64,000 nt of DNA, from contig OZ037768.1 in the NCBI GenBank assembly GCA_964035545.1, forward strand, positions 11,068,741 to 11,132,740, written 5' to 3'. Origin of the DNA: Bugula neritina. Taxonomy: Eukaryota > Animalia > Bryozoa. The notes under the pieces are model-generated. The model made no database searches. It saw only the letters and a list, made by a program, of their open reading frames with translations, and was not told the origin of the DNA. Every line of letters begins with the position of its first letter. Position 1 is the stretch's first letter. A program made the position numbers and the translations under genes. This document shows positions 31,601-44,278 of the stretch, piece after piece.

Positions 31601-34600
31601 AAATGATATTTCGAAAAGTGCCAAACTATTTTTAAAAGACATTTATCTTATATTATGGTTACTAGATGAAAAAATTGATATAGTTTGTATATCATTTGAA
31701 AGATTAAAAACTGCACTATCCGTAGACTATGAAATGTATTTTACAAAATTTTTCAGATTTTGATAAATATAGTTCACTGATCATGATGTAAAATTATTCT
31801 AGTAGCCTATGTTTTTTGACATGCAAAAAATATAGCAAATGTCAAAAACTATCTATTTTGGTTTTATTTACAGTTAACATTAGTTTTAGGCGAAAAAACA
31901 GATATACTCATATTGGCAGCTAAAATTGTATAAAATAGGTAAAAAGTAAAAATATTTAGTGTGTACTAATAAAATAAAGTGATCCATAAATATTTTCAAA
32001 CTGAGAAAAAACACAGTTATGAAAATAGAAACGTTTTATAGTTTGACCATGTTAGATAAGCTATTATCACAATTGCATTTTATTGTTAGGAAAACTCTCC
32101 ACCGAAATTTTTTGTAAAAATTACTTAGATTCTAAAAATTGACTTCTTTAGTAACTTCTTTGTAACTGGAAATTATAGCTACTCTTAGTTTCATGGTTAC
32201 ACAAAACAATTTTTAGCATCATAAAAGTTGTTTACTTTTTATGTTGAACCAAGTATCTCAATTCTTTGAAAAATTAATTCCATGACAATTCTGTGAAATT
32301 AATTTTCAGCAGCATTTTTAATATCTAGGAACCTAATGGAAGTTAATTTTATTATCAAAACAAGGGTATACAGTTTGTAGCTCTGCTGAATTTATTGAAA
32401 AAATCTTGACATTTCCACAACTAAATAAAGTTGTGAGGCAGCTACATCATATCTTACTGTTGTAAGATGTTGCTATACTTGTATGCTAGAGATTTGTTTA
32501 ACAAAGCAAGCAGGAATGAATCTTTAACTGGTGTGAATTATTAATATTGTTAAAAAAATTACGTTAATAATGTTGTTTCTCTTGTCAGTTTTGTGTACTT
32601 TGCAGAATTTTCATGTAAAGTTATATATGCTTCAATGCATTTCTCTGTGCATCCTTTGCCAACATTGAATTATTTTGTAAAATTAATAGAATTTCGCCAT
32701 TTTCAGCTACTACTAGGAAGCTGGAGAAGGGATTGTTGGCTGTACATTCACCCTTCACTCAAGATCAGCATGAAGTGGTAGTTAATAGTTTAGACACTAA
32801 CAGAGAGGTTGCAGTTAATAAAGAACTACATCAACTGTCAGATGTGTTGAAGCAAGTGCAGCTACATGTTGAAGATGTGGCTGAGGCTCAAAGAAACGGC
32901 ATCAAAAGTCAAAAACTATCTCAAGGTTTATAACAGCATACAAAGTTTTAGTCATATTCTTGTTTCTTTAACATAAGCTTTATTTCTACTATATCATTTA
33001 TTTTTACACTGGAATTCTGGGTGCATATTTTGTGCAAAATATAATACAGTACAGCTTTGCAGTGCCAACTTTACAGAAAATTTATACTGGTTGTTAGATT
33101 ATTTTAATAATAAACACTTTGAAAGTCACTATCTTAATTGCAAACTGCAGCAGTAAAACATCAATACGCTCTGTTATATTCAACTATAGGGAGTTTAGTT
33201 AATTTTTTAGTCTCTTCAATTATGAAGCCTTCATTTGTTTTAAAACAAACAGCATTCGTATTTACACAATGTATCTTGTATTATAGCATTATTTTTTGAA
33301 GTTTAAACATCTCATTCAATCTGAGGTTGACTTTAAGAAGATGCAAGGTTTTGAATAACCCTCAACTCAAAATATTTCTATTTCTTCTTGTGCCTGCTAT
33401 CTCTATACCTGTAATGCCATCTGTGCAAATATAATGAAGAGCTTATAAAGTCTTTGGAATAAGTGCTTCACATATTTTATTGAATTTAAATAAATTGTTG
33501 CAGGTAGAGTTGCTGATGTGGTCTCTGCTAAACTGAATAAACTTGAGAAGTTGCTTTATACTAATTCTAAACAAATAAAAAATCTTCAGCAAGTGGTTGA
33601 TAATGGCAAACATGGTATGTTGGTACATTGATATCACATGTCTAATATGTTTCTGGGTTTTGATAATGAAGTTTATAAACGAATATCAAACAAGTGACAA
33701 AATATCAGCATAATCGCCAAATATCTTTTTGTAAAATATTTAGAGTGGGTTTACAGCGGATGTTTTTCTTAAAGCTTCATAGATATTTTCGGTGTCTTAT
33801 CCTTCCTAATGAACTTTTCATTTCCATTTTTTTGTTCACAAACCTGCATTTGGATTTGTGTTGCTCATCTTGTGGTTATTAAAAAGCATTTATTTCTACA
33901 GCTCTATCCAATCATGAGATTGAAAGCTGGACTGGTTTGGATCAGGACATTGAGGGTCATGAGCATGTGTTTGATGAGAAAATAGATTCTGTGGATGTAA
34001 GACTTCATGCAATTGGCTATCATGAAAATATATATTTAACACATCACATGAAATGATTTGTGCTTTTTAAAATAAATGCAATTATTTGCTTATGTTGAAA
34101 ATTACTAACTCCTTGTTTTCTACTACCAGTGTGTAAACTAGTGTGAGTAATTACTCTATCTTGTTCTTTTAGTCAGCTTATGCCATTATAGACACCATAC
34201 TGACACGTTTCTAGGTATCACATACTGACACATTGCTAGGTATCACATACTGACACATTTCTAGGTATCGAATACCGACTCATTGCTAGGTATCAAATAC
34301 TGACACATTGCTAGGCATCACATACTGACACATTGCTAAGTATCAAACGCTGACTTATTGCTATGTATCAAATAACGACTTATTGCTATGTATCAAATAT
34401 TGTTTTACAATGCTAAGTATTTATATTGAAGGATATGGCTAGCAGCCTGAAAGACAAGATAGACTATTTCAGCAAACACATCTCCACTCTGGAGGCCAAC
34501 CAGCAGTCTAGTGAGCAGAAGCTTCTAGATGCTGTGTCACAGCTCACCAATGAACTGGCCAATAGTAAACAAGACCAAAGCAAGACTCTCCAGCTGCTGT

Positions 34601-37600
34601 ACAACGCGCAGAAAGAGTTTAATGATAGGCTGAAGCAAAGCCAGCACGAAGAAAATAAACCTTTGATGCTCATTGTGCCAGGTGAAAATATAATATTGCT
34701 AAAATCTAAAGCGTGTTATAGCCTATTTATTAATTAAAAATTTATCAAATTTAGCATACACTTGGTTTGAGGCAAAATTTTGAAAATGACTGCGACTGAA
34801 TTCCGTAAAAGAGTGAAAAATTATATTATCAATTTTATATCAGGTTCATAGTTCAGATAAATTCAAATGGGCATTGTGTTCTTATAAATGGTTGTTTTTG
34901 GCACTCTTGCTGCAAATTTATTTTGTAATAATGGTGGTCATAATGTGAAAAATCAAAGCACTGCTTCCTAAAGTTAATAATCAAGTAAGTATAATGAGTG
35001 TGACTGTGATTGTTTAATTTAATTGTAATTTGTTGTATGTTTTTATATTGATTTTGCAGAAAAGCAAACCATCAATCCAAGAGAAATTATCAATCTTCAT
35101 GATTCCAAGCATATTCTTAATGATATAGGTAATTATTAGAACGTGCCAACTTTATTGCGAGTTATGTGTATATACAGGTAAGTGTGAAATTACAAGAACC
35201 TGTGACAGCATATTTTGTTGCTGTAAGAGCAAGGATTACATTCTATTTAATTTTATGGCTTTATAGATTCTAAACAATGTTTAAGTTGTCTATTCATCTG
35301 GTAACCATTTAGATGGCTGCAACTTGCAGCCAAGTAAATATTTCACACAAGTCACATGTATTCTATGATTTGGGAATTTGTTTTCCTAATTCTTTGGAGT
35401 TACTTGCACTATAGGGTCAACTTTCCTGCTACACAAGTTGACTGTTGAGTAAGCATTATGGCTTTTATCTGAAGATGAGGAATTTAAGACCTACTGTTTT
35501 TCTTCAAATGGCAAATATTTTTTTATTGTCATGCATACACGAATGCACATGCACATAATAATAAAATATGTTGATTGATTAGGTGAAGCAACTGGAAACT
35601 TGGAGGCTCGAGAAGAGCATCTAGTTGGAGCAGCTGTGAGACAAGACGCTCAGTTGCAGCATTTAAGAAATCAGACCGATCTGACACTTCGGACTTTACT
35701 CAATGGAGCTTCACACATGAGCAAACAGACAAATAAGGAGAAGAGATATGAAGCTAATAAAGAAGGTGGTGTGATTGTTCAAGGTAAGTTGATCATACTC
35801 ACATGTGCTCTACAATAATTTAAATAAAGCTATTCTAAAATTTTCATGTAAAGGGTAGCAGAAAATGATGCATTTCAAGTGAAATAATTAGTATTGCCAT
35901 TGGACCTTTGTGAGACATTATAAATCTTATTTATTCATTCATTTGTAATTTTCCAAGTGATGAGACTCTGTTAGCTTTTTTCTACAATGTATCCTAACAC
36001 ATACGATTAGTTTCCTGTACTTTATGCTTGAGATTTGTGAAATATTTTGTTTAGTTTGTTCAGTATGTGTTAAATCTCAGTTCTCTTAATATCCTATTAG
36101 AGGTGAAGTCTAAATTACCACCCGGCTGGTCAGTGTGGTCTGGATGGAGCACATGCTATGGGTTTGGTTGCAAGTCTATAGGTAGATCTCAGAGGTTTCG
36201 TGTCTGCCAGTCACATGCTGGTCAATGTGGGGGAGACTACTGGCAAAGTCGGGTGAGTGGGAGTTGCAGTAAGTTACATGTGCATGCTATATAGATAATA
36301 GCGTAGCATAAAGCTTGTTCTCATTTTACCACTGGTTTATTTTGACATTTTTATAATCTAATGGGGTTATCCCTGTTTTCCAGAGTTTATGTTGTGGTGA
36401 CAAAGCTTTTCTTTTCGTAATTGTAATCCCACCCTATCTATACTCCCATAAATATTATTTATTTTTCGTCCTGAGCTGTTGTTTATCATTCACATTTCAA
36501 TATACTTGTAGTCTTGTAGAAGGAGTTGTCTATTCAATGGCGCAGTAAACTATCCAGCATATTCGTGGTTGGAGTGGGGCGAGTGGTCGCGGTGTGAACC
36601 ATCTTGTTCTGATGGCAGCTCCACGAGAACACGACAATGTAGCTCTGGTTGGTTTCTAATTCTAATTACTTATTAGACAATGCTTATTATATTTAGCACT
36701 TGAGAAATTCTATTTTGTATTTCACCGTACACTGGTCGATATATGAATACAAATTCAGTTAATAGTAATATGAAAGTTTCATGTGTTAGTCAAACAAACA
36801 CTTGGATAAAGATCATTTAGGAGTTATTTTGGGTTTTAAGGTGTTAATGTATCAGGTTTAATTGCAGTTCCAAGCAAGCTTTATAAGTTATCTCCTTCTA
36901 ATGTAGCTGTTTAGGTGCTGCTCTTTGGGAAAAAAATGTATTAAAGTCTAAAATTATTTGTTTATATTTAGTTCAGCTACTTGATAATTAAACCTCAATG
37001 TTGTAATACTGTTTGATATTATGTATGCTTATAGTTTATAGTAACATTAGTTGATAGAATATTTATGCTGTACTTACTGCCATACATTATGTATAACACA
37101 AAGAGAGTGTTTTGTTGTCATACTCCTGTAGATGGTTGTGAGGGACACTCAACTGAGACTCGGTCATGTAACAATTCACTGTGCAATCCTATTCTACCTG
37201 CTCCAGTTCATCAACTCTCAGATGATGTGGAGAATGGTGGAGGTGTAGAGCACTTGAACTCAGACCATAACGACATGGGCAAATCAGGTAATAGATGAAT
37301 ATAGGAATAAGTTGAATAAGACATGTATGCTTATGTCTTGTTAGAAAACAAGGTGCAGTCATGGTCTAAAATACTGGCCCAGTCAGTGCAGGTGCCATGG
37401 ATACAAATACTTGCAGGCCCATTGGTAATGTCAGGAAAGGCATCAGGTCATAATTGCTTTTGTGCTCCAAACAGAAATCTCAAAACCATGTTGAAAGCAT
37501 GGTGATGGGCACAGTGCTTAAGCTACTTGAACATATATTCTATTCGGGGTTCTCATAAATATGGAAACTTTAAACAAATGCGGGTTTTCTTATGAAAAAG

Positions 37601-40600
37601 GTATTATTAAAGTGAAATTTTTATGCTGAAAAGCTGGTTCGGTCCTTGTTTTTACTGTATCATAATGTATCTTATACGGCCTTCCTTCTTTCTAGTTATC
37701 ACATGCGACGCCAAGCCATGTCTGAATGGTGGTGTGTGCATTGAGGGAGGAGAGGGCCAGGAAGTGAGCCACTTCATTCACTTTCACTGTGAATGTGTTC
37801 ACCCTTACAGAGGAATCATGTGTGACACAGTGTGTGATGTTGAGAGTAAGTTGACACATCCGAGGTACTCCTGCGTCTGGTGTATCCATACTTAGTTAAT
37901 ATTAGATCTGCTTTCTAAATAGAATTACACCTTTACTTAGTTAATACTAGATCTGCTTCCTAAATAGAAGTACATCTTTACTTAGTTAGTGCTAGATCTA
38001 CTTTCTAAGTAGAAATATGTCTTCATGATTAAACAAAAGCATTAACATAGATTTGTTGCTTTACAGAAAAACATCATTTGTGCTTGTGGTTTTATGCATG
38101 GATCACAGCTCTAACTTACTTCAAAAGTATAGCTATAAGTAAAATGATGAATATAGTATAATATGAGCTATAATGAGGATAATAAACTATACGTTTTTGT
38201 TTTGCAGCTGAAATGAATGGAATTGTGATAGGTGTTCTCTCTGGAGTTCTTGGCATTCTTCTTCTGGCAATTTTCATGTTTGCCATCTTCAAGTTTCGGC
38301 GCAGAGTTAGGAAATGGAAGAAAGCAGCTGATCCTCATTGCCAAAGGCCCAAAGGATGTTGGGAAACATTGTTTGGGTCTCGGTTAAGCAGTCTCCCGTC
38401 TTCTAGCAACTCGGTAGCCTGTGGTCCACTACGTGAATATAATAAGTTTCACTCTATGAAGCGCCTGTCTTGTGCTTCCACGTGTGGAACAGTCTCATCT
38501 AAAGACTATGCATATGACCCGCTCTCATTGACTAATCACCATACTGGTAAGCTCTATACACACGGTTCCATGTCTGTATATACTTAGAGGTTTTGTTATG
38601 CATGTTGCAAAGATGAGTAGTTACCTTAAACTCATGCTTTATTGACTCTAGGGGGTATAAGGAAATGAATAGTATGTAGATTGTAGAGTAATGATCTTAT
38701 AATTATGTAGGTAGACTGAGAGAACTAGTATAGATGATCTAAAAGGAAATAGGCCTGGATTAAAAGTTAGATTGATGGTCACATTGTTAGTACATTGTGT
38801 GATATTTGAATAATATTTACTTCGACATTTAATTTACTTTTTAGATTTAGTAGGGCGAAGTCGTGTTATGAAATCTCTATTTGAGGACAAGCCGCCCTCT
38901 AAACTGAGCACCTCTCTATCAGAGGAGGAGGAAAACAGTGGTGAGGATGAAAGTGAATCAAATGATCAAGGAAAGAGTGCAAAGACTGGGTCCAGTGGGT
39001 TGAGGAGCATTTGTTTATGTTAGATCTCTCTAACCAGAGCTTGTTGCTAATAAACCTAGTTGGATAGTGGAATAAAGAATTTACTAGCATTAGGAATGGA
39101 GTCAATCATTTCTATACAAATGCTAAGATAACTCATTACCTCAAAATATCCAACTTTCACTTTATTTTTTTATAGTTTTTAGGATGTTTCGTGTGAATAT
39201 ATTACAAGTGTTTCATAATAAAGCTTGTTTTTCATGCTGTGTTTACAGCTGCGGCAGAGGCAGCTAGTGACAATGAAGTAGAAGAAACTTCATCTGACTC
39301 TAATGAGAATGACAATGCAGCAGATCACACCACAACCAATCAATCTTCTGCTAAGAACAAAACAAATAATCAATCTAACTTGATTAAAACACAAAAGGGC
39401 AGACGACATAATCCACTAAGTCCAATTATGGAAGTGAAAGAGAGAAAAAGTTCTGCTTCCAATGTTAAAGGTGTGACAACATTTAATTGCTCCATAGAAT
39501 GTCTTAAGTTGTAAAACTTATGTGGCCACTAAGAAATTATCTTCGCTGTTTTAGTTGCAAACTTTTATTAATGTTATATCGGAATGTTTATGTGTGAATG
39601 AGTCATAAAATGAAGAGAAAATACCACTAACAATTGATAAAATTTATAAACCTCTGTGGCTACTAACTCTTGGAAAATTATGCCCATGGCTATTATCTTA
39701 TCCCATAATCTGTATAGGTAGCCGAAATGAACGTGCAAGTGAGCTGAATGACAAAGTTAAAAAGTCTCTCAAAGCTGCTGGAACTAAGCAAAAGCAACTA
39801 GCGGAACAGTCCAGACTACCAAAAGCTAGCCGAGCAGTGCCCATGACTAGTTTGTCACCCAACATCTCCCCAGCCAATGGAATTGGTAGAAGTTTGAACC
39901 AGTTTATTGAAGCCTGCGACCAGATGGATTCTTCAACTTCTCCCCTGTCACAACAGCCCAAATTCAGAGGTTTGTTTCTGCAGCTAATTTAGTTATCAAG
40001 TTGAGTACGTTTCTGTGTGCTATCTGTTTGTGATTTAGTTCTTTTCATTATATATAAAATTATTATTTTCTCATTCTTGTTTTTGGGTTAAGGAAGCAGG
40101 TTAAATTGCATCGACCCATTTTCTACCTCACCTCATTTGAGGTAGGTGCAGTAATGCAGAAACTGAGAAAAGCCTGTGTTCTAGATCGGAAATGTGGCAA
40201 AAGAAGTTATTTCAACCCGGGCCCCATACCAAAATCTATAACGAAATTTAAAGAACTTAGGCTATCTCAATTTTTCCTCTACTGCACCTCATTTAGTAGA
40301 CTTTAGAGTGTTAATTTCCAAAGACTGTAATTATTATACATGGTAAATATTTGTGCCAAAATCTTTGGTTACGTTCTATATTAGCTGTTGAATAGATGAA
40401 ACTTCATCTTCTCTCTTAAAGAGTACAAGGTAAAAGTAGCCAACATTAGTCGAACAGATGAAATTCAATTTCATATTTCAATTCTTGACAGATCCTCAAT
40501 TAGCTGAGAAACTACGACAACTCAACAATCAAAGGTGGAATCAGCAGAATTTTGCTGCCACGAATACTGTATTTTATCCGGACACCCGTGCAGCAACTAG

Positions 40601-41304
40601 GGACCAGCTGCCACAAGCGTATCCTTTAGTTGACGACTTTATGACCAAGTGGAGACAATCCGGCCGATCAATAGATAGTTGCCTTCCTTCCCTCACATTG
40701 AAAGATAAGCAGTTACAGGAATCACAACTCGAGAAAACTACGTTGGAATCAATAAAAGCATCTGAAGAGGTTCAGGAGAAGAAAACTTCTGAGCAGCTGC
40801 TTAATGAGGTTAAAGCATGGACACACATTATTGGCAACCCTGTGAGTTTGTATCAACAAGTAGTATCACTTTAGTATAAGTCACATTGGGTATAGGATGT
40901 ACTTTTTCTAAATGCACACAATATTTCTTCTCAACAGTGTTTGTGCAATGTTTGATAATTTTTTCACGATTTTCATTTGTCTCTCAATTTAATAAGCTTG
41001 TTCTTCAATTATGATTATAATAACAAAATAATTAAAGTGTTAAATATTTATTTTAAATGTAAATTATTGAAACATGCAGGTACATTCAATATGGAAGCAA
41101 GTTGATGAAGTCACTGAAAATTCAGCTCCTAGTCCAACTGAAGTTCAATCATCCCAGTCGAGCTCAACACAAAATGTCTCCAAATTTGCAGCTCCTAATC
41201 TTGCAGCTTATGATACTCAAAACTCACCACTAATTTCTGATGAAAGACGTCCCAAATCTGGCAGCAGTAACACTTCTTCTGTAGAGGGCATTGATTTAGT
41301 TTAA
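28605..41304 (+). CDS. Uncharacterised single-pass membrane protein, >=1,200 aa: low-complexity N-region, coiled coil, 2x TSP1, EGF, TM, long Ser/acidic cytoplasmic tail; 5' end unresolved
   Basis: 21 phase-compatible GT-AG exons: 28605-28768, 29186-29318, 29438-29532, 29612-29719, 30458-30559, 31445-31505, 32707-32925, 33902-33996, 34432-34681, 35060-35128, 35583-35783, 36101-36252, 36512-36647, 37132-37287, 37696-37845, 38208-38546, 38845-38994, 39249-39470, 39718-39969, 40492-40841, 41080-41304. TSP1: WSVWSGWSTC..RFRVC and WLEWGEWSRCEPSC..TRTRQC; EGF: CDAKPCLNGGVC..CECVHPYRGIMC; TM: IVIGVLSGVLGILLLAIFMFAIF followed by KFRRR. Confidence 0.78.
34196..34400 (+). repeat. 25-bp minisatellite (catactgacacattgctaggtatca), about 8 copies
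   Basis: Tandem repeat that decays toward the acceptor at 34430-34431. Confidence 0.9.
37350..37590 (+). mobile_element. Diverged tRNA-derived SINE copy
   Basis: catggtctaaa head, ggcccattggtaatgtcaggaaaggcatcaggtcataattgc core, ggggtttctca...aactttaaac tail. Confidence 0.7.
37889..38015 (+). repeat. ~45-bp tandem triplication in the intron after the EGF exon
   Basis: acttagtta.ta.tagatct.cttt/cctaa.tagaa repeated three times. Confidence 0.8.
40139..40290. mobile_element. ~150-bp MITE-like element (family of three in the window)
   Basis: Imperfect ~30-bp TIRs aggtgcagtaatgcagaaactgagaaaagcc / ggctatctcaatttttcctctactgcacct; collinear with 44114-44278 and 53650-53735. Confidence 0.75.
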
Positions 41305-41862
41305 GGGTTTTGTTAATTACATACCTTGTTGTTTATTTAGAATACTTATTATTTAGAATACTTTATGTTTTTCATTATTTAGCTGATATAATTTTTAAGC
41401 CACTCATTATCTGAATCTCATGCCATTCCTGTGACTTGTGTACACTACTCCTCATATTCTTTCACCTTTATTGCAATTCAAATACTATCTGTTGCTTCAG
41501 TTTATGTTTATATTTTAGAAACTTAGAAATATAGCATATGCCAACAATTTCAACTAATGGAAGTTGTAGCCAATACCACCCTGCAATGCTAGGCTATTTA
41601 GTACTATCAGAATTGAAACCCTTATTAAGAAAAATAGTTTTTCATCTTAAAACCAATATATTTTTCACCATGAAGCTAAATATTACTTAAACACAGTAAT
41701 AACAATATATAGGATGCACAATGTATTCCATATCTTGGTGATGATCAGCAATAAATTTATATAGGGATCCTGTCTGAAAATACTTTCAGATTTTGGTTTA
41801 TGAAATGCTTCAGGATTTTGCTTGCCTACAGCTTTCTAACAGTTTTTCGTTTCATTGTCTCT

Positions 41863-42550
41863 TAAAGGATTGCTCTATCTTGTCTAATAAATGGCCATTT
41901 AGGTCAAACACACATAATATTGTGTTTTTCTAAGCATGCATTGACAAAAAGCATTTGACCAAAGGTAGAAAAAGTTAGTTGAAGTTGAGGGTGTAGATTG
42001 GTAACAGCCAAAACGGCGATTTTGAAATGAGCTGGGAACTGTGACGTAACAGCGCCAGCATTCCTGCTGGTCACGTGACTATACAAATGAATAACTATAG
42101 AAATATGACTGTGAGATGTGATCTTTCAGCTCGTAATTTGTATATTTATAGAAGTGCAAATGTGAATTCTCTTAATCTATAGTTTTTTGACATTTTAAAT
42201 AACATGTATGTAATAACATTAGGCTATATTTTGCTTGTAACCATTAGAAAAAAGCATTGCAAAAGCATGCATTTTTTAGGATGAATGCCTGCGATCGATC
42301 TAAACTAGGTCAGATTGTGCAATATTACAGGCGCACCAAAGTTGACCTATATAGCGCACTGTAACTGCTTGAGCGTTATTGGTTGATATTGTGCTCAGCA
42401 ACCTTGAATACTAGCGTTATAGTTAGCACGTGCAGCATAGTTACTGGCGTTCACACGTCACGTATTAGGCTATTCTTTTTCATGGCTGAAAATTTTACCG
42501 CCCTCAAAATTGGAATTTTGAAAAGCTGTTTTCTAGGCACATATCCCTTT
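41863..42550. mobile_element. Possible TTAA-type (Kolobok-like) non-autonomous element, or a regulatory island, upstream of MCRS1
   Basis: CpG-containing island with TGACGTAA, GTCACGTGAC and CACGTCACG, bounded by ttaaagga... and ...tcccttt; the terminal match is weak. Confidence 0.3.
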
Positions 42551-43349
42551 GCAAAGTCACAATTGTTTGCATACACATTAAATTATAGTTCATAATTATA
42601 ATGTGATTGTAATAAACTAAGATTGAGCAATCCTTTAAAGTACTTGAGATTTAAAATCTTGTAGCACCATTGCAATCCCAGCATTCTATGAAAAAGGTTT
42701 CAATAACAAAGGTGTTGCTATGAAGTATGAACTTTTGTCAGCAGACATCTTTTTGATAAATTATCTTGTGCAGCCCTTAGCTCTATATTATTAACCTGGT
42801 GTATCTAAATTGAAGCCCATATTTTTGGTTTGCATACAATAAATACAGACAATGCTGCGACCTAAACCCACTAATTGGGAGAACTTAATAAGAACATTAT
42901 GCATAGTCTGCTTCATTCTAGGTAAATGGACAATAATTGCACAGAAGAGTTTCTAGTATAGACTGCATCAGTAAACACTCAACACTATACTTTGTATTAT
43001 TGTAGCTAAATTTACTTAAACTATAGTTGTGCTCTCTCCATCTATAAAGAGGGTAACTAACAATTAATAACGTTGAAATTACGATGTAAAAGCTTTTCAG
43101 TTTATGTAGGAAAAATAATTGTTCCTAGTTATTTTAGTTGAGTAGATTTAGTCATAAAACTACTTTGTTATAATTTTTTAACAACAATCATTGAGCTTTG
43201 TGATACATTCTTATTCATTGAAAAGAAATATTATTATATTTTCCAGTTTCGTAACGGCATTCAATTTCAGCTATCGCGTTTCAAATTCTTGCATTTCACA
43301 ATATCAGTATCCGGTTAGTCAAACTGATTTCTTCATTCTCTCGCAATAT

Positions 43350-44090
43350 AAAAGTAAATCTCATACCCACAGTCATATTCATATTGATATTGACATTCAG
43401 ACTGACTTTCTTTTGATTATACGGGTTTCTATATGAACCAAAACATATATATATAGTAGCGTGACTTTTGTTTAATGTATTACAATTATTACAAATATAA
43501 CATTAACTGTTACTGTGAAGTGTGTTGGTGTTATTGATTATCTGTCAATTATCATATTGATATTCATTATGATTATGACTATGAGTATCAGTATGAGTAT
43601 CACTATCAGTATCAAATTGAGTGATACTGTAACACTAACAGTAACAGTAACTGATACTAATACTATTAGTATTAGTCTATTACTAATACTAATAGTAATA
43701 AATAATAATAGTCATAGTGATACTCATACTACTTGCTCTTAGTCTTATGGTCCTATAACTATAAGTTTTAATCATAATCATAATGGTTGTCATAAACTTA
43801 GACAGTTTAACCTAAACTTGAAGGGTTAATCATAATCATCATGATAATCATATTTATAGTAATAATGATGATTTTAAATTATTATCAATATGAATATCAT
43901 TGATAACAATAATCATAATCGTAAGGAGTTGATTATGATAGTCATAGTGGTTCAAATTGTCATACTTATAAGCTATAAGTTATACTTGTAACACCAACTA
44001 TAAGTTAAAGTTATAGTTATAAGTTACTTATAAGTATAACTTATATACTATAAGTTATAGTTATTGCTTAAAAATTAAAGGTTAATAGTT
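43350..44090. repeat. Degenerate 3/6-nt periodic tract 5' of the MCRS1 coding exons
   Basis: attatgattatgactatgagtatcagtatgagtatc..., aacagtaacagtaactgatactaatact..., agttatagttataagtt...; follows a donor-like CCG|GTTAGT at ~43313. Confidence 0.75.
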
Positions 44091-44113
44091 TAAGTTTATT
44101 AGCATGAAATGTA

Positions 44114-44278
44114 GAGGTAGGTGCAGTAATAGTGAAATTGAAAAAAGCCTGTGTTCTAGATTAGAAATATAGCACAAGAAGCTATGTTTTCGTGATAATT
44201 TCAACCTGCGTCCCAAACCAAAATCTAATAATAAAATTAAAGAGCTTAGGTTATCTCAATTTCTCCACTACTGCTCCT
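44114..44278. mobile_element. Second copy of the 150-bp MITE-like family
   Basis: gaggtaggtgcagtaa...aaaagcctgtgttctagat...aaccaaaatct...cttaggttatctcaatttctccactactgctcct. Confidence 0.75.
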
